This document shows positions 7,997 through 18,400 of a DNA stretch of 64,000 bases, piece after piece. The stretch lies in IMG/VR virus record IMGVR_UViG_3300027365_000007; one strand, written 5' to 3'. Within the stretch, counting starts at the first letter, position 1, and the number at the start of each line of letters is the position of its first letter. The stretch is from a virus. Lineage: Duplodnaviria; Caudoviricetes. A model generated the notes under the pieces. The model saw only the letters and a list, made by a program, of their open reading frames with translations, was not told where the DNA came from and ran no database searches. Position numbers and translations under genes: made by a program.

Positions 7997-10294
7997 ATGA
8001 GTTGGAAAAGTAGATACAATACTATAAAAATAAAAGCAAGACAGCAAGATAATTCCACGGGAATTAACGATGGTTCAAAATTAAATAATAATAAATCATG
8101 GTTGCCTCAATTTTATCAAGGCTCGTATGACCGTATTGCTCGCTATATGCAGTACGATCATATGGACTATGATGTAGATATCAACCTAGCGCTAGACACA
8201 ATAGCTGAATTCTGTACGTTGAATAGTGAATATGATGATATGCCATTTGATTTACAGGTTAGTGACGAGATATCTAACTCTGACGTGGCTGTATTGCGAG
8301 AATCACTTAAACGATGGGTTCGAATTAATGAATTCTCTTCTAGACTCTTCGATATATTCCGAAATGTGATCAAGTATGGTGATCAAATAATGATCCGTGA
8401 TCCAGAAACATTTAAGCTATATTGGACTGACATCTATAATGTTGCAAAGGTGTTGGTGAATGAAGAAGAGGGTAAAGAACCTGAATATTATTTTATCAAA
8501 AACCTTTCTCTGAACCTCACTAACTTGGTTGCGACAGACGATTCTAAGTTATTGATGAACATACCACTAGCAGGTGGTGTTAGGGCTAGTCGCATGACTA
8601 GTTCACAAAGTTTCACAGGCTTCGGTAATGAATCATATACTAACAATCATGGATCTGATAATGATGTGGATCGTGAATATCCTGTGGCCTCTAGTCATGT
8701 TGTACATATTACTAAGTCAACTGGTATGGATAATCTTTGGCCATTCGGTCGTAGTGTTTTGGATTCAGTCTTTAAACCTTTTAAACAAAAAGAGTTGTTA
8801 GAAGACGCTATTATTATCTACCGCGTTCAGCGCTCTCCTGAGAGGTTGATGTTCAAAATTGACACGGGTGGTATGTCGCCTAAAAAAGCAAACGAGTACG
8901 TTAACCAAGTAGCAGATACTTTTCGTCAAAAACGTCAACCCGTAGTAGATTACAACAATGGTGAAACTATTATGGACACTACGTATAATCCCATGTCCAT
9001 TACAGAAGATTTCTTTTTCGCCCAAGGCCCTGATGGCAGGGGTTCATCAGTAGAAGTCTTACCGGGGGGTGAATGTTTATCCTTAGGCACTGATATACGT
9101 TTGATAGATGGTACGACAGATACCCTAAAGAACATCATTAAACGCTATGAGAATGGCGAGATGTTAATGACCTACACTGTGGATAAAGTCACTGGTGTTA
9201 TATGTCCAGCTATGATCACATGGGCGGGTATTACTCGTGAAAATACTGATGTGATTAAACTTCATTTCAGTGATGGTGAAAGTGTTATTTGTACACCTGA
9301 TCATGAGTTCCCAGTAAAAGGGAAGGGATATGTAAAGGCCGAGGATATAGAAGACGGCGATGAGTTTTTTGTGTTACATGAAAAGTTTGAGAATAACAAG
9401 TTGATGTATCATGTTGAACGCACTGACGAATGGATGAATACTGAAGAAATGTTTGACGGATTCTTTGAGGAATTCGGCAAACCGTATCGCTTTAAAGATT
9501 ATTACCAAAACCAGTTAGAACGCGAAGGCGATGTGGTGGAATACAAAACTCTCACAAAGAAAGAACCTATCGGAACTATGGATACTGGTACGCTGACAAT
9601 AGATGGTTATGAAAGATTTACAGATAACCATACCTTTCCTATTGGAAATGGGGTGTTTACTAAAAACTCAACGGGTAGTATTGAAGACTTGAAGTTCTTT
9701 ACATCTCGTATGATTCGTGGTCTGAGAGTTCCTATAGCATACATGTCCTATCTTACTGAGAATGGTGAAACATATCAGTATAACGATGGGAAAACAGGTA
9801 CTGCATATATGGAAGAATTTAAATTCTCAAAGTACTGTGAAAGACTTCAGAAGCAAGTAATCAAGACACTGAACCGTGAATTTAAGCTTTTTGTTAAAAA
9901 TCAAGAAGTGGAAATCAGTTCAGGGGATTTTGATATTAAATTTATTGAACCGCAAAGCTTTAGTGAATATCGTCAGATTGAATTGGATACTGCTCAGATG
10001 GCCGTCTTCCAAAGTGTTGCTGATGTTCCTTATATGTCTAAGCGTTTTATCATGAAGAGATTCATGGGACTTAGTGATGCTGAAATCAAGCAAAATGAAA
10101 GTCTGTGGAAAGAAGAAAAAGGGTTCGAGGTTGCTCTATCTAAAGCTAATGCATCTGAAGGTGATATTAACGTGCCTAATGACGAAGACATTGAAGAGCT
10201 TGAACAGGAAGAGTTGGCGGCTGATGAAGAAGCCAACAACGAAGAGGATCTTGATATCGATATGGACTTTGGGGATGAAGAGGAAAATACGTAA
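7997..10294 (+). CDS. gp20: portal protein (T4 gp20-like) containing an intein
   Basis: gp20 motifs: LEDAIIIYRVQRSPER.FKIDTG, MSITEDFFF...GRGSSVEVLPGG, IEDLKFF...LRVP; acidic tail; followed by gp21-gp23. Confidence 0.9.
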   Translation: MSWKSRYNTIKIKARQQDNSTGINDGSKLNNNKSWLPQFYQGSYDRIARYMQYDHMDYDVDINLALDTIAEFCTLNSEYDDMPFDLQVSDEISNSDVAVLRESLKRWVRINEFSSRLFDIFRNVIKYGDQIMIRDPETFKLYWTDIYNVAKVLVNEEEGKEPEYYFIKNLSLNLTNLVATDDSKLLMNIPLAGGVRASRMTSSQSFTGFGNESYTNNHGSDNDVDREYPVASSHVVHITKSTGMDNLWPFGRSVLDSVFKPFKQKELLEDAIIIYRVQRSPERLMFKIDTGGMSPKKANEYVNQVADTFRQKRQPVVDYNNGETIMDTTYNPMSITEDFFFAQGPDGRGSSVEVLPGGECLSLGTDIRLIDGTTDTLKNIIKRYENGEMLMTYTVDKVTGVICPAMITWAGITRENTDVIKLHFSDGESVICTPDHEFPVKGKGYVKAEDIEDGDEFFVLHEKFENNKLMYHVERTDEWMNTEEMFDGFFEEFGKPYRFKDYYQNQLEREGDVVEYKTLTKKEPIGTMDTGTLTIDGYERFTDNHTFPIGNGVFTKNSTGSIEDLKFFTSRMIRGLRVPIAYMSYLTENGETYQYNDGKTGTAYMEEFKFSKYCERLQKQVIKTLNREFKLFVKNQEVEISSGDFDIKFIEPQSFSEYRQIELDTAQMAVFQSVADVPYMSKRFIMKRFMGLSDAEIKQNESLWKEEKGFEVALSKANASEGDINVPNDEDIEELEQEELAADEEANNEEDLDIDMDFGDEEENT
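9074..9667 (+). mobile_element. mini-intein (198 aa, no endonuclease) in the portal
   Basis: Starts CLSLGTDIRLIDG (block A), has CTPDHEF (block B), ends DTGTLTIDG...NHTFPIGNGVFTKN followed by Ser; removal restores LPGGE/STGSIEDL and a 567-aa portal. Confidence 0.92.
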
Positions 10295-10491
10295 TGAAAC
10301 TGAATGATTTAACAGAATCGACTAATCCTGAAGGAAGAATAAAATCTCGTAGGGCCACTAGGCTAACTATGGCGCATTTATTAAAAATGCGCCGAATACG
10401 TGAAAAGAAAAAATTGGAAAGATTAAAGGACCAAAAGCTTTATCAAGTGATGTACTCCCCTGATGAAGGGGGTGGTGGAGCTGGCTTTTAA
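10294..10491 (+). CDS. small basic conserved-type protein downstream of the portal
   Basis: TAATG overlap with the portal stop; RLTMAHLLKMRRIRE; N-terminus MKLNDLTES. Confidence 0.65.
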   Translation: MKLNDLTESTNPEGRIKSRRATRLTMAHLLKMRRIREKKKLERLKDQKLYQVMYSPDEGGGGAGF

Positions 10492-10519
10492 TTCCCTCTG
10501 AAATTAGTCTCGAAATATT

Positions 10520-10551
10520 AAAAATACGCACTTTTCAGTGCGTATTTTTTT
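10520..10551 (+). terminator. Rho-independent terminator
   Basis: AAAAATACGCAC-ttttca-GTGCGTATTTTTTT. Confidence 0.8.
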
Positions 10552-10556
10552 GTTCA

Positions 10557-10564
10557 TATAAATA
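10557..10564 (+). promoter_or_regulatory. T4-type late promoter TATAAATA
   Basis: Exact gp55-type consensus directly after the terminator and before the head-core genes. Confidence 0.75.
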
Positions 10565-10611
10565 ATATACGACATTATTGAACCACTTTGAGATTTAGGA
10601 GATTTAAAATT

Positions 10612-11157
10612 ATGTCTAAAGTAACAATGCAAGATGTATTTGCTCAGATAAAAGAAGAAAACACTGAAGCTGCGCGTGAAAAGATGCGTGAGTATATTAT
10701 TCAAAAGTCTCGTGAAATTCATGAAGGTATTATGGAATCTGATCTTTCCGAAGATGACGTTCTTTCTGCCGAACTTGAAGACGAGCTTGAAGATCAATCA
10801 GAAGATTTAGAAAACATGGAAGCCGAAGTTGATGGTGAAGAAATTTACGACGACGAAGGCGTTGAAGATGCTGTTGATGATCTTGAGTCAGGTGAAGATG
10901 CTATCGAAGACGTTGAAGATCGTGTTGAAAATGTCGAAGACGAGCTTGAAGAACTAAAGCGTGAATTCGAAGAATACATGGCAGGTGAAGAATCAGAAGA
11001 ATCTGGTGAAGAAGATCTTGAAGGTGATGAAGACCTTGAAGGTGAAGAATCAGAAGAATCTGGTGAAGAAGATCTTGAAGGTGATGAAGATCTAGATGCC
11101 GTAGAAGACAATATTGATGCAGATATTGAAAATATCGAAGACGAAGAAAACAATTAA
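10612..11157 (+). CDS. highly acidic prohead core protein (gp67/gp68 position)
   Basis: Start ATG 10612 after TAGGAG; very D/E-rich; lies between portal and protease. Confidence 0.7.
   Translation: MSKVTMQDVFAQIKEENTEAAREKMREYIIQKSREIHEGIMESDLSEDDVLSAELEDELEDQSEDLENMEAEVDGEEIYDDEGVEDAVDDLESGEDAIEDVEDRVENVEDELEELKREFEEYMAGEESEESGEEDLEGDEDLEGEESEESGEEDLEGDEDLDAVEDNIDADIENIEDEENN
10984..11094 (+). repeat. 57-bp in-frame tandem duplication
   Basis: Two near-identical copies encoding GEESEESGEEDLEGDEDL. Confidence 0.85.
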
Positions 11158-11181
11158 TAAAACCGTAAGGAACGACGATTT

Positions 11182-11829
11182 ATGCGTCAAAACCAAATAT
11201 TAAGCGAAGATCTAGGATTCTCACAAGCAAATCTACGCCTTGAAGAAAGCGAGGCTAGAGCTGATGGTGAAAAATCATTTTATCTAAATGGTATTTTCAT
11301 CCAAGGTGATGTAAAGAATCACAATGGTCGCATATACCCTTCGTCTGAGATAAGAAGTGCAGTAGATGATATTAATCATCGTATTAGCAAGGGATTTTCA
11401 GTATTAGGCGAGGTGGATCATCCAGATACACTGACTATAAATCTTGATCGTGTTAGTCATGTAATTGAAAACATGTGGATGAATGGTAGCGATGGACATG
11501 GAAAGTTGAAGATTCTACCAACACCAATGGGTAAGGTCATTGGATCACTTTTGGAGTCTGGTGTCAAGCTAGGCGTAAGTTCTCGTGGTTCTGGTAACTT
11601 GGATCATACTGGTAATGTTTCTGATTTTGAAATTATAACCGTTGACATCGTTGCCAACCCTTCAGCACCAGAAGCGTATCCTAAAGCGATTTACGAAAGC
11701 CTGATGAACATGAACGGTGGTCAAAAAATAGTTGAAACTGCTAGACATGTAAATACAGGTAGCAAGGCTGCTGATAGACACTTCGCGCATCAGATGAAGA
11801 AGTTTATTAGTGAGTTGAATAAAAAATAA
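11182..11829 (+). CDS. gp21: prohead core protease (T4 gp21-like)
   Basis: GIFIQGDVKNHNGRIYP, GEVDHP (catalytic His), LGVSSRGSG (catalytic Ser), TVDIVANPSAPEAYP. Confidence 0.92.
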   Translation: MRQNQILSEDLGFSQANLRLEESEARADGEKSFYLNGIFIQGDVKNHNGRIYPSSEIRSAVDDINHRISKGFSVLGEVDHPDTLTINLDRVSHVIENMWMNGSDGHGKLKILPTPMGKVIGSLLESGVKLGVSSRGSGNLDHTGNVSDFEIITVDIVANPSAPEAYPKAIYESLMNMNGGQKIVETARHVNTGSKAADRHFAHQMKKFISELNKK

Positions 11830-11847
11830 TTAATAGGAGAATTAAAA

Positions 11848-13203
11848 ATGAGTAAAGGTATTAACAATCTACTAAGCTCTATGGGCTTAAGTGATGACCT
11901 ACGTGACGAAGTTCTAGAGGCATGGGAAGCTGTTAAGGAAGAGAATAAGCAACATGCAGTTGAGCAGGTTCGTGAAGAATATCGCGAACAGTACAAGAAA
12001 GACATGGACGCTATGTTACTTGCTGCTGAAACTATCGTGAATGAATCTCTAGAGAAAGAACTTACTGAGTTCAATGAAGATCGTCAAAAACTTCATGAGG
12101 GTAAAAAAGTACTTCTTAAGAATCTTAAGAAGGCAAAAGCTCTGAAGGAAAGTCACGAAGAAAAGGTCAACCAACGTGTTGAAGTATTTGAAAACTTCGT
12201 TATGGAAACCCTGAAGTCTGAACTTACTGAGTTCAATGAAGAGCGCAAACAACTTGAAGAAAGTGTCGCGAAAGAGCGTATGAAGCTTCTGAAAGAACAG
12301 ATGCGTACTAAAAAGTTGGCTGAAAGTAAAGAGAAAGCGCTTAACCATCTTGTAAAAGATGTTCTAAAGGAAGAGATTACTGAGTTCAGTGAAGATCGTA
12401 AGCATTTCAATGAATCTATTGATAAGCTAGAAAACCTTATGGTTAGACAGCTAACTGAAGAAATTAGTGAATTCCAAGAAGATCGTAAAGAGCTTCAGGA
12501 ACGTCGAGTTGAGCTTGAGAAGGAATATAACCGCAAGCTTAATGAAGCGAAGAATGTCTTCATACAGAGAGCAAGCAAATCCGCTGAGTCAATCGTTAAT
12601 GAAACTCTATCAAGTGAACTTGCATCATTGAAAGAAGATATTCAAGTTGCTAAACAGAACACATTTGGTAGAAAGCTATTCGAAGCTTTTGCAAGTGAGT
12701 TCTACTATTCTCACATGTCTGAAAACACCGAAATCTCTAAGATTTTGAGTAAATTGGAAGAAAGTGAGAAAAATGCAGAAAAATTGCAGAAAATTGTTAA
12801 AGAACAAGCCCAAACTATAAATAAAACTAGACATGAGCTAAAGGAAACTCGTGAGAGTTCCATGCGTGAAGCTAAGATCGACAAACTTGTACGTCCGCTG
12901 GCTCCTACTCAAAAAAGGATTATGTCTAAGCTTTTAGAAGGAGTTGAGGCTGAAAAACTAGATGAAGCTTTCGAGCGTTATCTACCAAGTGTGATGGATC
13001 GTAACAGTTCTAACACTAAAAAGGCAGGAAGTAGTGAACCAAATGGTCGTAAAAAATTGAGCGAAAATAATGGTAACCGTAAAAAATATAAAAAGCCTGT
13101 TTCCGAAAGTAGACAGAATGGTAAACCAGAAATCGCAAATGATGAATACGCCGATGAGATTTCTAAGATTATATCTCACGCAGGCATTAAAAGTAAAAAA
13201 TAA
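11848..13203 (+). CDS. gp22: prohead core scaffold protein (T4 gp22-like)
   Basis: Coiled-coil, E/K-rich, many LxE sites, GRKLFEAF; between protease and capsid genes. Confidence 0.8.
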   Translation: MSKGINNLLSSMGLSDDLRDEVLEAWEAVKEENKQHAVEQVREEYREQYKKDMDAMLLAAETIVNESLEKELTEFNEDRQKLHEGKKVLLKNLKKAKALKESHEEKVNQRVEVFENFVMETLKSELTEFNEERKQLEESVAKERMKLLKEQMRTKKLAESKEKALNHLVKDVLKEEITEFSEDRKHFNESIDKLENLMVRQLTEEISEFQEDRKELQERRVELEKEYNRKLNEAKNVFIQRASKSAESIVNETLSSELASLKEDIQVAKQNTFGRKLFEAFASEFYYSHMSENTEISKILSKLEESEKNAEKLQKIVKEQAQTINKTRHELKETRESSMREAKIDKLVRPLAPTQKRIMSKLLEGVEAEKLDEAFERYLPSVMDRNSSNTKKAGSSEPNGRKKLSENNGNRKKYKKPVSESRQNGKPEIANDEYADEISKIISHAGIKSKK

Positions 13204-13229
13204 TAATTTATCAATAGGAGAAAATTAAA

Positions 13230-14414
13230 ATGGCTACTAATCTATTTGAAGGACAAGCGTGGAACCAAGTTAAAACTGGTCTATGCGAAGGTCTTGAAAA
13301 CAAAAAACGTGAAAACTTCGAGATGGTTCTTGAGAACACTCGTAAGTTCATGATGAACGAATCTGCATCTTTCGGTGCAACCAGTTCTGGTAACGTTGCG
13401 ACTCTAAACAAGGTAATCCTACCTATGCTACGTCGTGTTATGCCGAACGTTATTGCAAACGAAATTATGGGTGTACAGCCTCTTCCGGGTCCGGTTGCTC
13501 AGATTCATACTATGCGTTATGTTTACTCCCAGAATTCTTCTGAAGTAAATGCTGGTACTGAAGCACTATCCCCGTTTGATGTTGCACGTGCTTACTCTGG
13601 TAACGACGATGCAAACAACCCTGCCGCTGCTTCTACTGCAACTCTAGAAGGTCAGCCGGGTAAGAAAATCGCAGTTAACATCGTAAAGCAGACTGCCGAA
13701 GCAAAGACACGTCGTCTAAGCTCTCGCTGGACTGTTGAAGCTGCTCAAGATGCTGAGAGCCAGTTCGGTGTAGATATCGAGTCTGAAATCATGGCTGGTC
13801 TAGCACAGGAAGTTACTACTGAGATTGACCAAGAACTATTAGGTCGTCTACGTAACCTAGCCCGTACTGGTGCTATCTATGACATGAGTCAGGAAGATAG
13901 CTTCACTGGTTCCCCGACTTTCGTTGGTGATCGTCACGCAGTATTGACCACTCTAATCAACCAGCAAGCAAACCTTATTGCACAGCGTACCCGCCGTGGT
14001 CGTGCAAACTGGGCTGTTGTTGATCCGATGGCACTGACTATTCTTCAGTCTGCAACCACTTCTGGTTTCGCACGTACTACTGAAGCAACCTTTGACGATC
14101 CAGACAACCAGAAACTAGTTGGTACTCTAAACAACACTATGAAAGTGTATGTTGATACCTATGCCGACGAAGGTACTCCGGTACTAATCGGTTACAAGGG
14201 TCAGAACGAGTTCGACGCTGGTGCATTCTACTGCCCATACGTTCCTCTAACTGCAACTCCTGTGATCACCGATCCGAACACCTTCGAAAACGTTGTTGGC
14301 TTCATGAGCCGTTATGCTTATGTTGAGCTTAGCAACAGCGCTAGTTCCTTCGGTAACGCAGCGGATTATGTATCTAAGATCGATATCCCTGCTGGTTCTA
14401 TCAAGTTTATCTAA
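13230..14414 (+). CDS. gp23: major capsid protein (T4 gp23-like)
   Basis: LPMLRRVMP..IANEIMGVQPL.GP, AKTRRLSSRWTVEAAQD, GAFYCPYVPL, GFMSRY; strong SD and biased codons. Confidence 0.95.
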   Translation: MATNLFEGQAWNQVKTGLCEGLENKKRENFEMVLENTRKFMMNESASFGATSSGNVATLNKVILPMLRRVMPNVIANEIMGVQPLPGPVAQIHTMRYVYSQNSSEVNAGTEALSPFDVARAYSGNDDANNPAAASTATLEGQPGKKIAVNIVKQTAEAKTRRLSSRWTVEAAQDAESQFGVDIESEIMAGLAQEVTTEIDQELLGRLRNLARTGAIYDMSQEDSFTGSPTFVGDRHAVLTTLINQQANLIAQRTRRGRANWAVVDPMALTILQSATTSGFARTTEATFDDPDNQKLVGTLNNTMKVYVDTYADEGTPVLIGYKGQNEFDAGAFYCPYVPLTATPVITDPNTFENVVGFMSRYAYVELSNSASSFGNAADYVSKIDIPAGSIKFI

Positions 14415-14455
14415 TAGGCTTGAGCCGAAAGAAGGTTACGGATGTAACACAAAAA

Positions 14456-15031
14456 TTAAAGACTCTCTTCGGAGAGTCTTTTTTCTTGCCTGTCGAAAAA
14501 CCGTTGAAGTCTACGTTGTACCCTTAAAAGCTCAGAATCAAACCCCTCATTTTTCATTGGTGGTGCTACTCTTACAAAGTTTTTAGGATAGAGCCTAGCA
14601 TTTCTTTTCTTATCGTCTACTAGAACAATATTTTCAATATCATATTTGTCTGTAAATATAGAAATATCTTTAACAACATTACCTTCATACAAGGTAGTAC
14701 TTTCCGATCCATAGCATCCAACAATATCAATGTCCGAGAACATCTCTCTACGAACTTTTCTGACATAATTCACATTTGCGGTACTAAATAAAACAATATC
14801 AGCATCTAATTCATTGGTGATAAACTCTAGAAGCTCTGTCGCGCCAGTACGCTCAAAGCATGAATTGCCCCTTAACGAGTATTGCCACTCAACTAGCGTT
14901 TCATCAACATCACAAACTACAAGACGTTTTTTCAAATTAACTTCCTCGTTATCATAAAACACTATTATAGCAAATTCTTCAGGCATTTTCAAGGATAAAT
15001 AACACTGTACGTGTACATTATAGGAGAACAT
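14456..15031 (-). CDS. HAD phosphatase, NIF/FCP1-like
   Basis: LVVCDVDETLV (DxDxT), LFSTA, KDIS, IVLVDD; true start uncertain (15031 or 14986). Confidence 0.75.
   Translation of the reverse strand: MFSYNVHVQCYLSLKMPEEFAIIVFYDNEEVNLKKRLVVCDVDETLVEWQYSLRGNSCFERTGATELLEFITNELDADIVLFSTANVNYVRKVRREMFSDIDIVGCYGSESTTLYEGNVVKDISIFTDKYDIENIVLVDDKKRNARLYPKNFVRVAPPMKNEGFDSELLRVQRRLQRFFDRQEKRLSEESL
14459..14485 (+). terminator. Rho-independent terminator after the capsid gene
   Basis: AAGACTCTC-TTCG-GAGAGTCTTTTTT. Confidence 0.9.
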
Positions 15032-15032
15032 A

Positions 15033-15461
15033 ATGATTTTATTTTACCACAATAAACCAAAATCATCACTACCATATAACGCCGAAGCTGTGCGTATTGA
15101 GGAAGTTGATGATATCAAAGCAAACTTAAAGAAAATACTTGAAGAAAATGAAGGTGAGGAATTTGTAAACATTGGCGTATACGACTGTATGTTCGAAGAT
15201 TCATCATTGATGGAATATTTTAAAAAATATTTAAACTTATCAGTGTTTAAGGTGACTATTATTGACCCTATGAAGGCTTACGATCTTTCGAATGCCCTTG
15301 AAGTCAATGTGTTGGTTTCGTTCTCAAAGCCTAATGCAATGATTCGTGTGAGAAAGATAAAAGAAGCCATGCCTTATACTAAAACACATATGATTGATGA
15401 TTATCGCTATAGCATCATCAATGTTCAGCGTCAAAATTTTCATACCAACAAGAATAAATAA
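15033..15461 (+). CDS. hypothetical protein
   Basis: SD AGGAG; GATAAATA box at 14994-15001. Confidence 0.7.
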   Translation: MILFYHNKPKSSLPYNAEAVRIEEVDDIKANLKKILEENEGEEFVNIGVYDCMFEDSSLMEYFKKYLNLSVFKVTIIDPMKAYDLSNALEVNVLVSFSKPNAMIRVRKIKEAMPYTKTHMIDDYRYSIINVQRQNFHTNKNK

Positions 15462-15482
15462 AAATAAAACAGGACTATTTTT

Positions 15483-18400
15483 ATGGCAAAGCGACTATAT
15501 TTTAAAGATTATTACTACTTGCAAGGCAACAACGTACATGTACATGGTGTAGGTGGCTTGAAAGTACCTTCAGGGGACACATCGCAACGCCCTGATGTCA
15601 TGGAAGCGACTATGCGTTATAACACCGAAACCAATTCATGGGAACTAGGTACGCATAACGATATGTTGATCTTCAACACCAATGATGATGGTACTAGTTC
15701 TTTTTACAGCAAAAATGGTGGTGTTCTCCATGGTGATGTAGTAATAGAAGATGGGCATAAAATACAAAATGCTGACGGTAGCTACATACGTCCTAGTTAT
15801 ACCTTTGCCAATGACTTGGATACAGGTCTATACCGTAGTGCAGAAAACACCATAGATGTTGTGGTTGGTGGTGAATTTAATTCGAATGAAGTTCCTGCTA
15901 TTCGCGTTACTAGAAATGGATCATTGAGTGGTGATTATGATCAAACTGTTGAAATCAATGCTGAATTGGTTATTAACGGTAGCATTACAAATGTACAGAG
16001 TACAGACCTTGAGGTCGAAGACAACACGATCACCTTAAACAAAAATGGTATCAATGCTGGAAGATCTGGCATTGAAATAGAAGCTAATGGCGCAATTGCG
16101 TCACGCTTTTACTATGATTTCGCAAAATCTAAATGGTCAACAAATAATATTCTCATCACTGACCAACCTGATCCTGTGGTTGCTAGTGATTCGGCAAACA
16201 AAAACTATGTTGATGTTGAAATTCAGACTTTAGACGACGATCTCACTGCTGTAATAGAACAGAATTATCAGACACTTGACCAGAAGATAGATAATGAAAT
16301 CACCCGTGCGACTAATCGCGAAAATACTATAGAGAACAATCTTAATGCTGAGATTACCCGCGCTACTAGTGAAGAACAACGCATTGAAACTAAGTTTGAT
16401 ACTGCTGTATCCGATCTTCAATCAACAGATAGTGATTTACAGACACAAATCACGGATGAAGTGAACCGTGCCACTGGTGAAGAACAACGCATTGAAACTA
16501 AATTTGATACGGCTGTATCAGATCTTCAATCGACAGATAGTGATCTACAAACACAAATCACTAATGAAGTAAATCGTGCAACTACACGTGAAGATGATTT
16601 ACAAACACAAATCACTAATGAAGTGAATCGTGCAACGACTCGCGAAAACAATATAGACACCGCATTAACCAATGAGGTTACACGTGCTACTGGTGAAGAA
16701 CAGCGTATAGAGACTAAGTTTGATACTGCTGTATCTGATTTACAGACAATAGATAGTAATTTACAGTCACAAATCACTAATGAAGTGAATCGTGCCACTG
16801 GTGAAGAACAGCGCATTGAAACTAAGTTTGACACTGCTGTTTCTGACCTTCAAACAACTGACAGTGATCTACAGACACAAATCACCAATGAAGTAAATCG
16901 TGCTACCACACGTGAAGATGATTTACAGACACAGATCAATGGTAAAGAAGATGAGTTGGGTTATATTCCAGAAGACTCAGCTAATAAGAGTCAACCAAAT
17001 GGATATGCAAGTTTAGATTCTAATGGCAAAGTTCCTACATCCGAACTACCCAATTCAGTCTTTGGTGGTATTTCTTATCAAGGATCTTGGGATGCAGTCA
17101 ACAATACTCCTATATTACAATCTGGTGTTGGTACAAGAGGTGAATACTATAAAGTAAGTAATGCTAGTACAAATACCACATTGAATACTACGCTGGACGG
17201 TGAGAACGATTGGTCCATAGGTGATATAGTGCTTTTCAATGGCAGTGTATGGGAAAAGTTTGACCAGACAGATAAGGTTACAAGCGTCAGTGGTGTTAAC
17301 AACACTACACCTAAAGTTGGCGACGTAATACTAAGCTTGGAAGATGTCGGTGCTAGTTCTTATGGTGCAGATCTATCAACAGCCACGGACGCTCTGGATG
17401 CCCGTAACAAGCTACTATTAGGTACCGCGTCAACATATGATGTTGGGACTGCTGAAGGTGAAATACCAGTCCGTGTAGCAAGTGGTGCACTTACTGGGAA
17501 CTTGTTAGGAAATGCAAATACCGCATCTACCTTAGAAACTCCAAGAACATTTAATTTCTTGGGAGATGCTACTGGTTCTGTGATTTTTGATGGAAGTTCG
17601 GATGCTAATATAACCCTGACCGTACAGGATGATAGTCATAACCATATCATTTCTAACATTGATGGTCTACAGACTGCGCTTGATGGGAAGTTGGATGGAA
17701 ATGCGATTGCGGTTAACTCTGAACTTCTAGATGGTGTGAGTTCTGAACAATTCTTACGCTCAGACGTTCCTGATGAATTAACTTATAACAACCTTGGACT
17801 GGGTACTGGACTGACTTTCGGTGTCAATACTGATGGTACCGTTACACATAGCGGCTTAGTTCTAAAGGCAGGTACAAATCCATCGTCAGGTGATCGTTTA
17901 TTTACGATAAAATCCGAAGGTGAGTCACCAAGGCTCATTGTAGAACATGATGGTGCTGTTAAAACATCTAATCCAGATATGTATGTTAATGTTGTACCCG
18001 ATGGTTCTGGCGGATACCGCGTTTATCATGATAATTATCATCCGGTTGCTGATGCGTTGAGTAATGCTATTGATGTTACACTGTCTGGTGATGTTACAGG
18101 AACTATTAATACTGATTTCTCGGGCAACGCAAACATTACCACTACTGTAGTGGACAATAGTCATAATCACATTTGGGATAATATAAGTGATAAACCTGCT
18201 CCTACAATTACTTTGGATGGTGATGTAAGTGGTTCTACCACTCTTACCGATTTAGCTGATGGCACTATAACGGTTGATATTGATGATACATATAATCTTA
18301 TTGTTGTTCCTACGACTTCAAGTTACCCCGCTGTATCCTCATTACCGGCTAGTGTATCCGCAATAGATGCGTACAACTCTCCTGACAACCCAGATGGTAG

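Noticed and set aside
9074-9667. Homing endonuclease inside the intein
   Set aside because: Only 198 aa, with no LAGLIDADG or HNH motif.
14415-14458. Small hairpins (GGCT-tg-AGCC, GTTAC-ggat-GTAAC) after the capsid gene as a possible ncRNA
   Set aside because: Stems are 4-5 bp in a 44-nt UTR; at most mRNA-stabilising elements.
16296-16943. CRISPR-like array
   Set aside because: The repeats are in-frame coding units with synonymous variation and no unique spacers.
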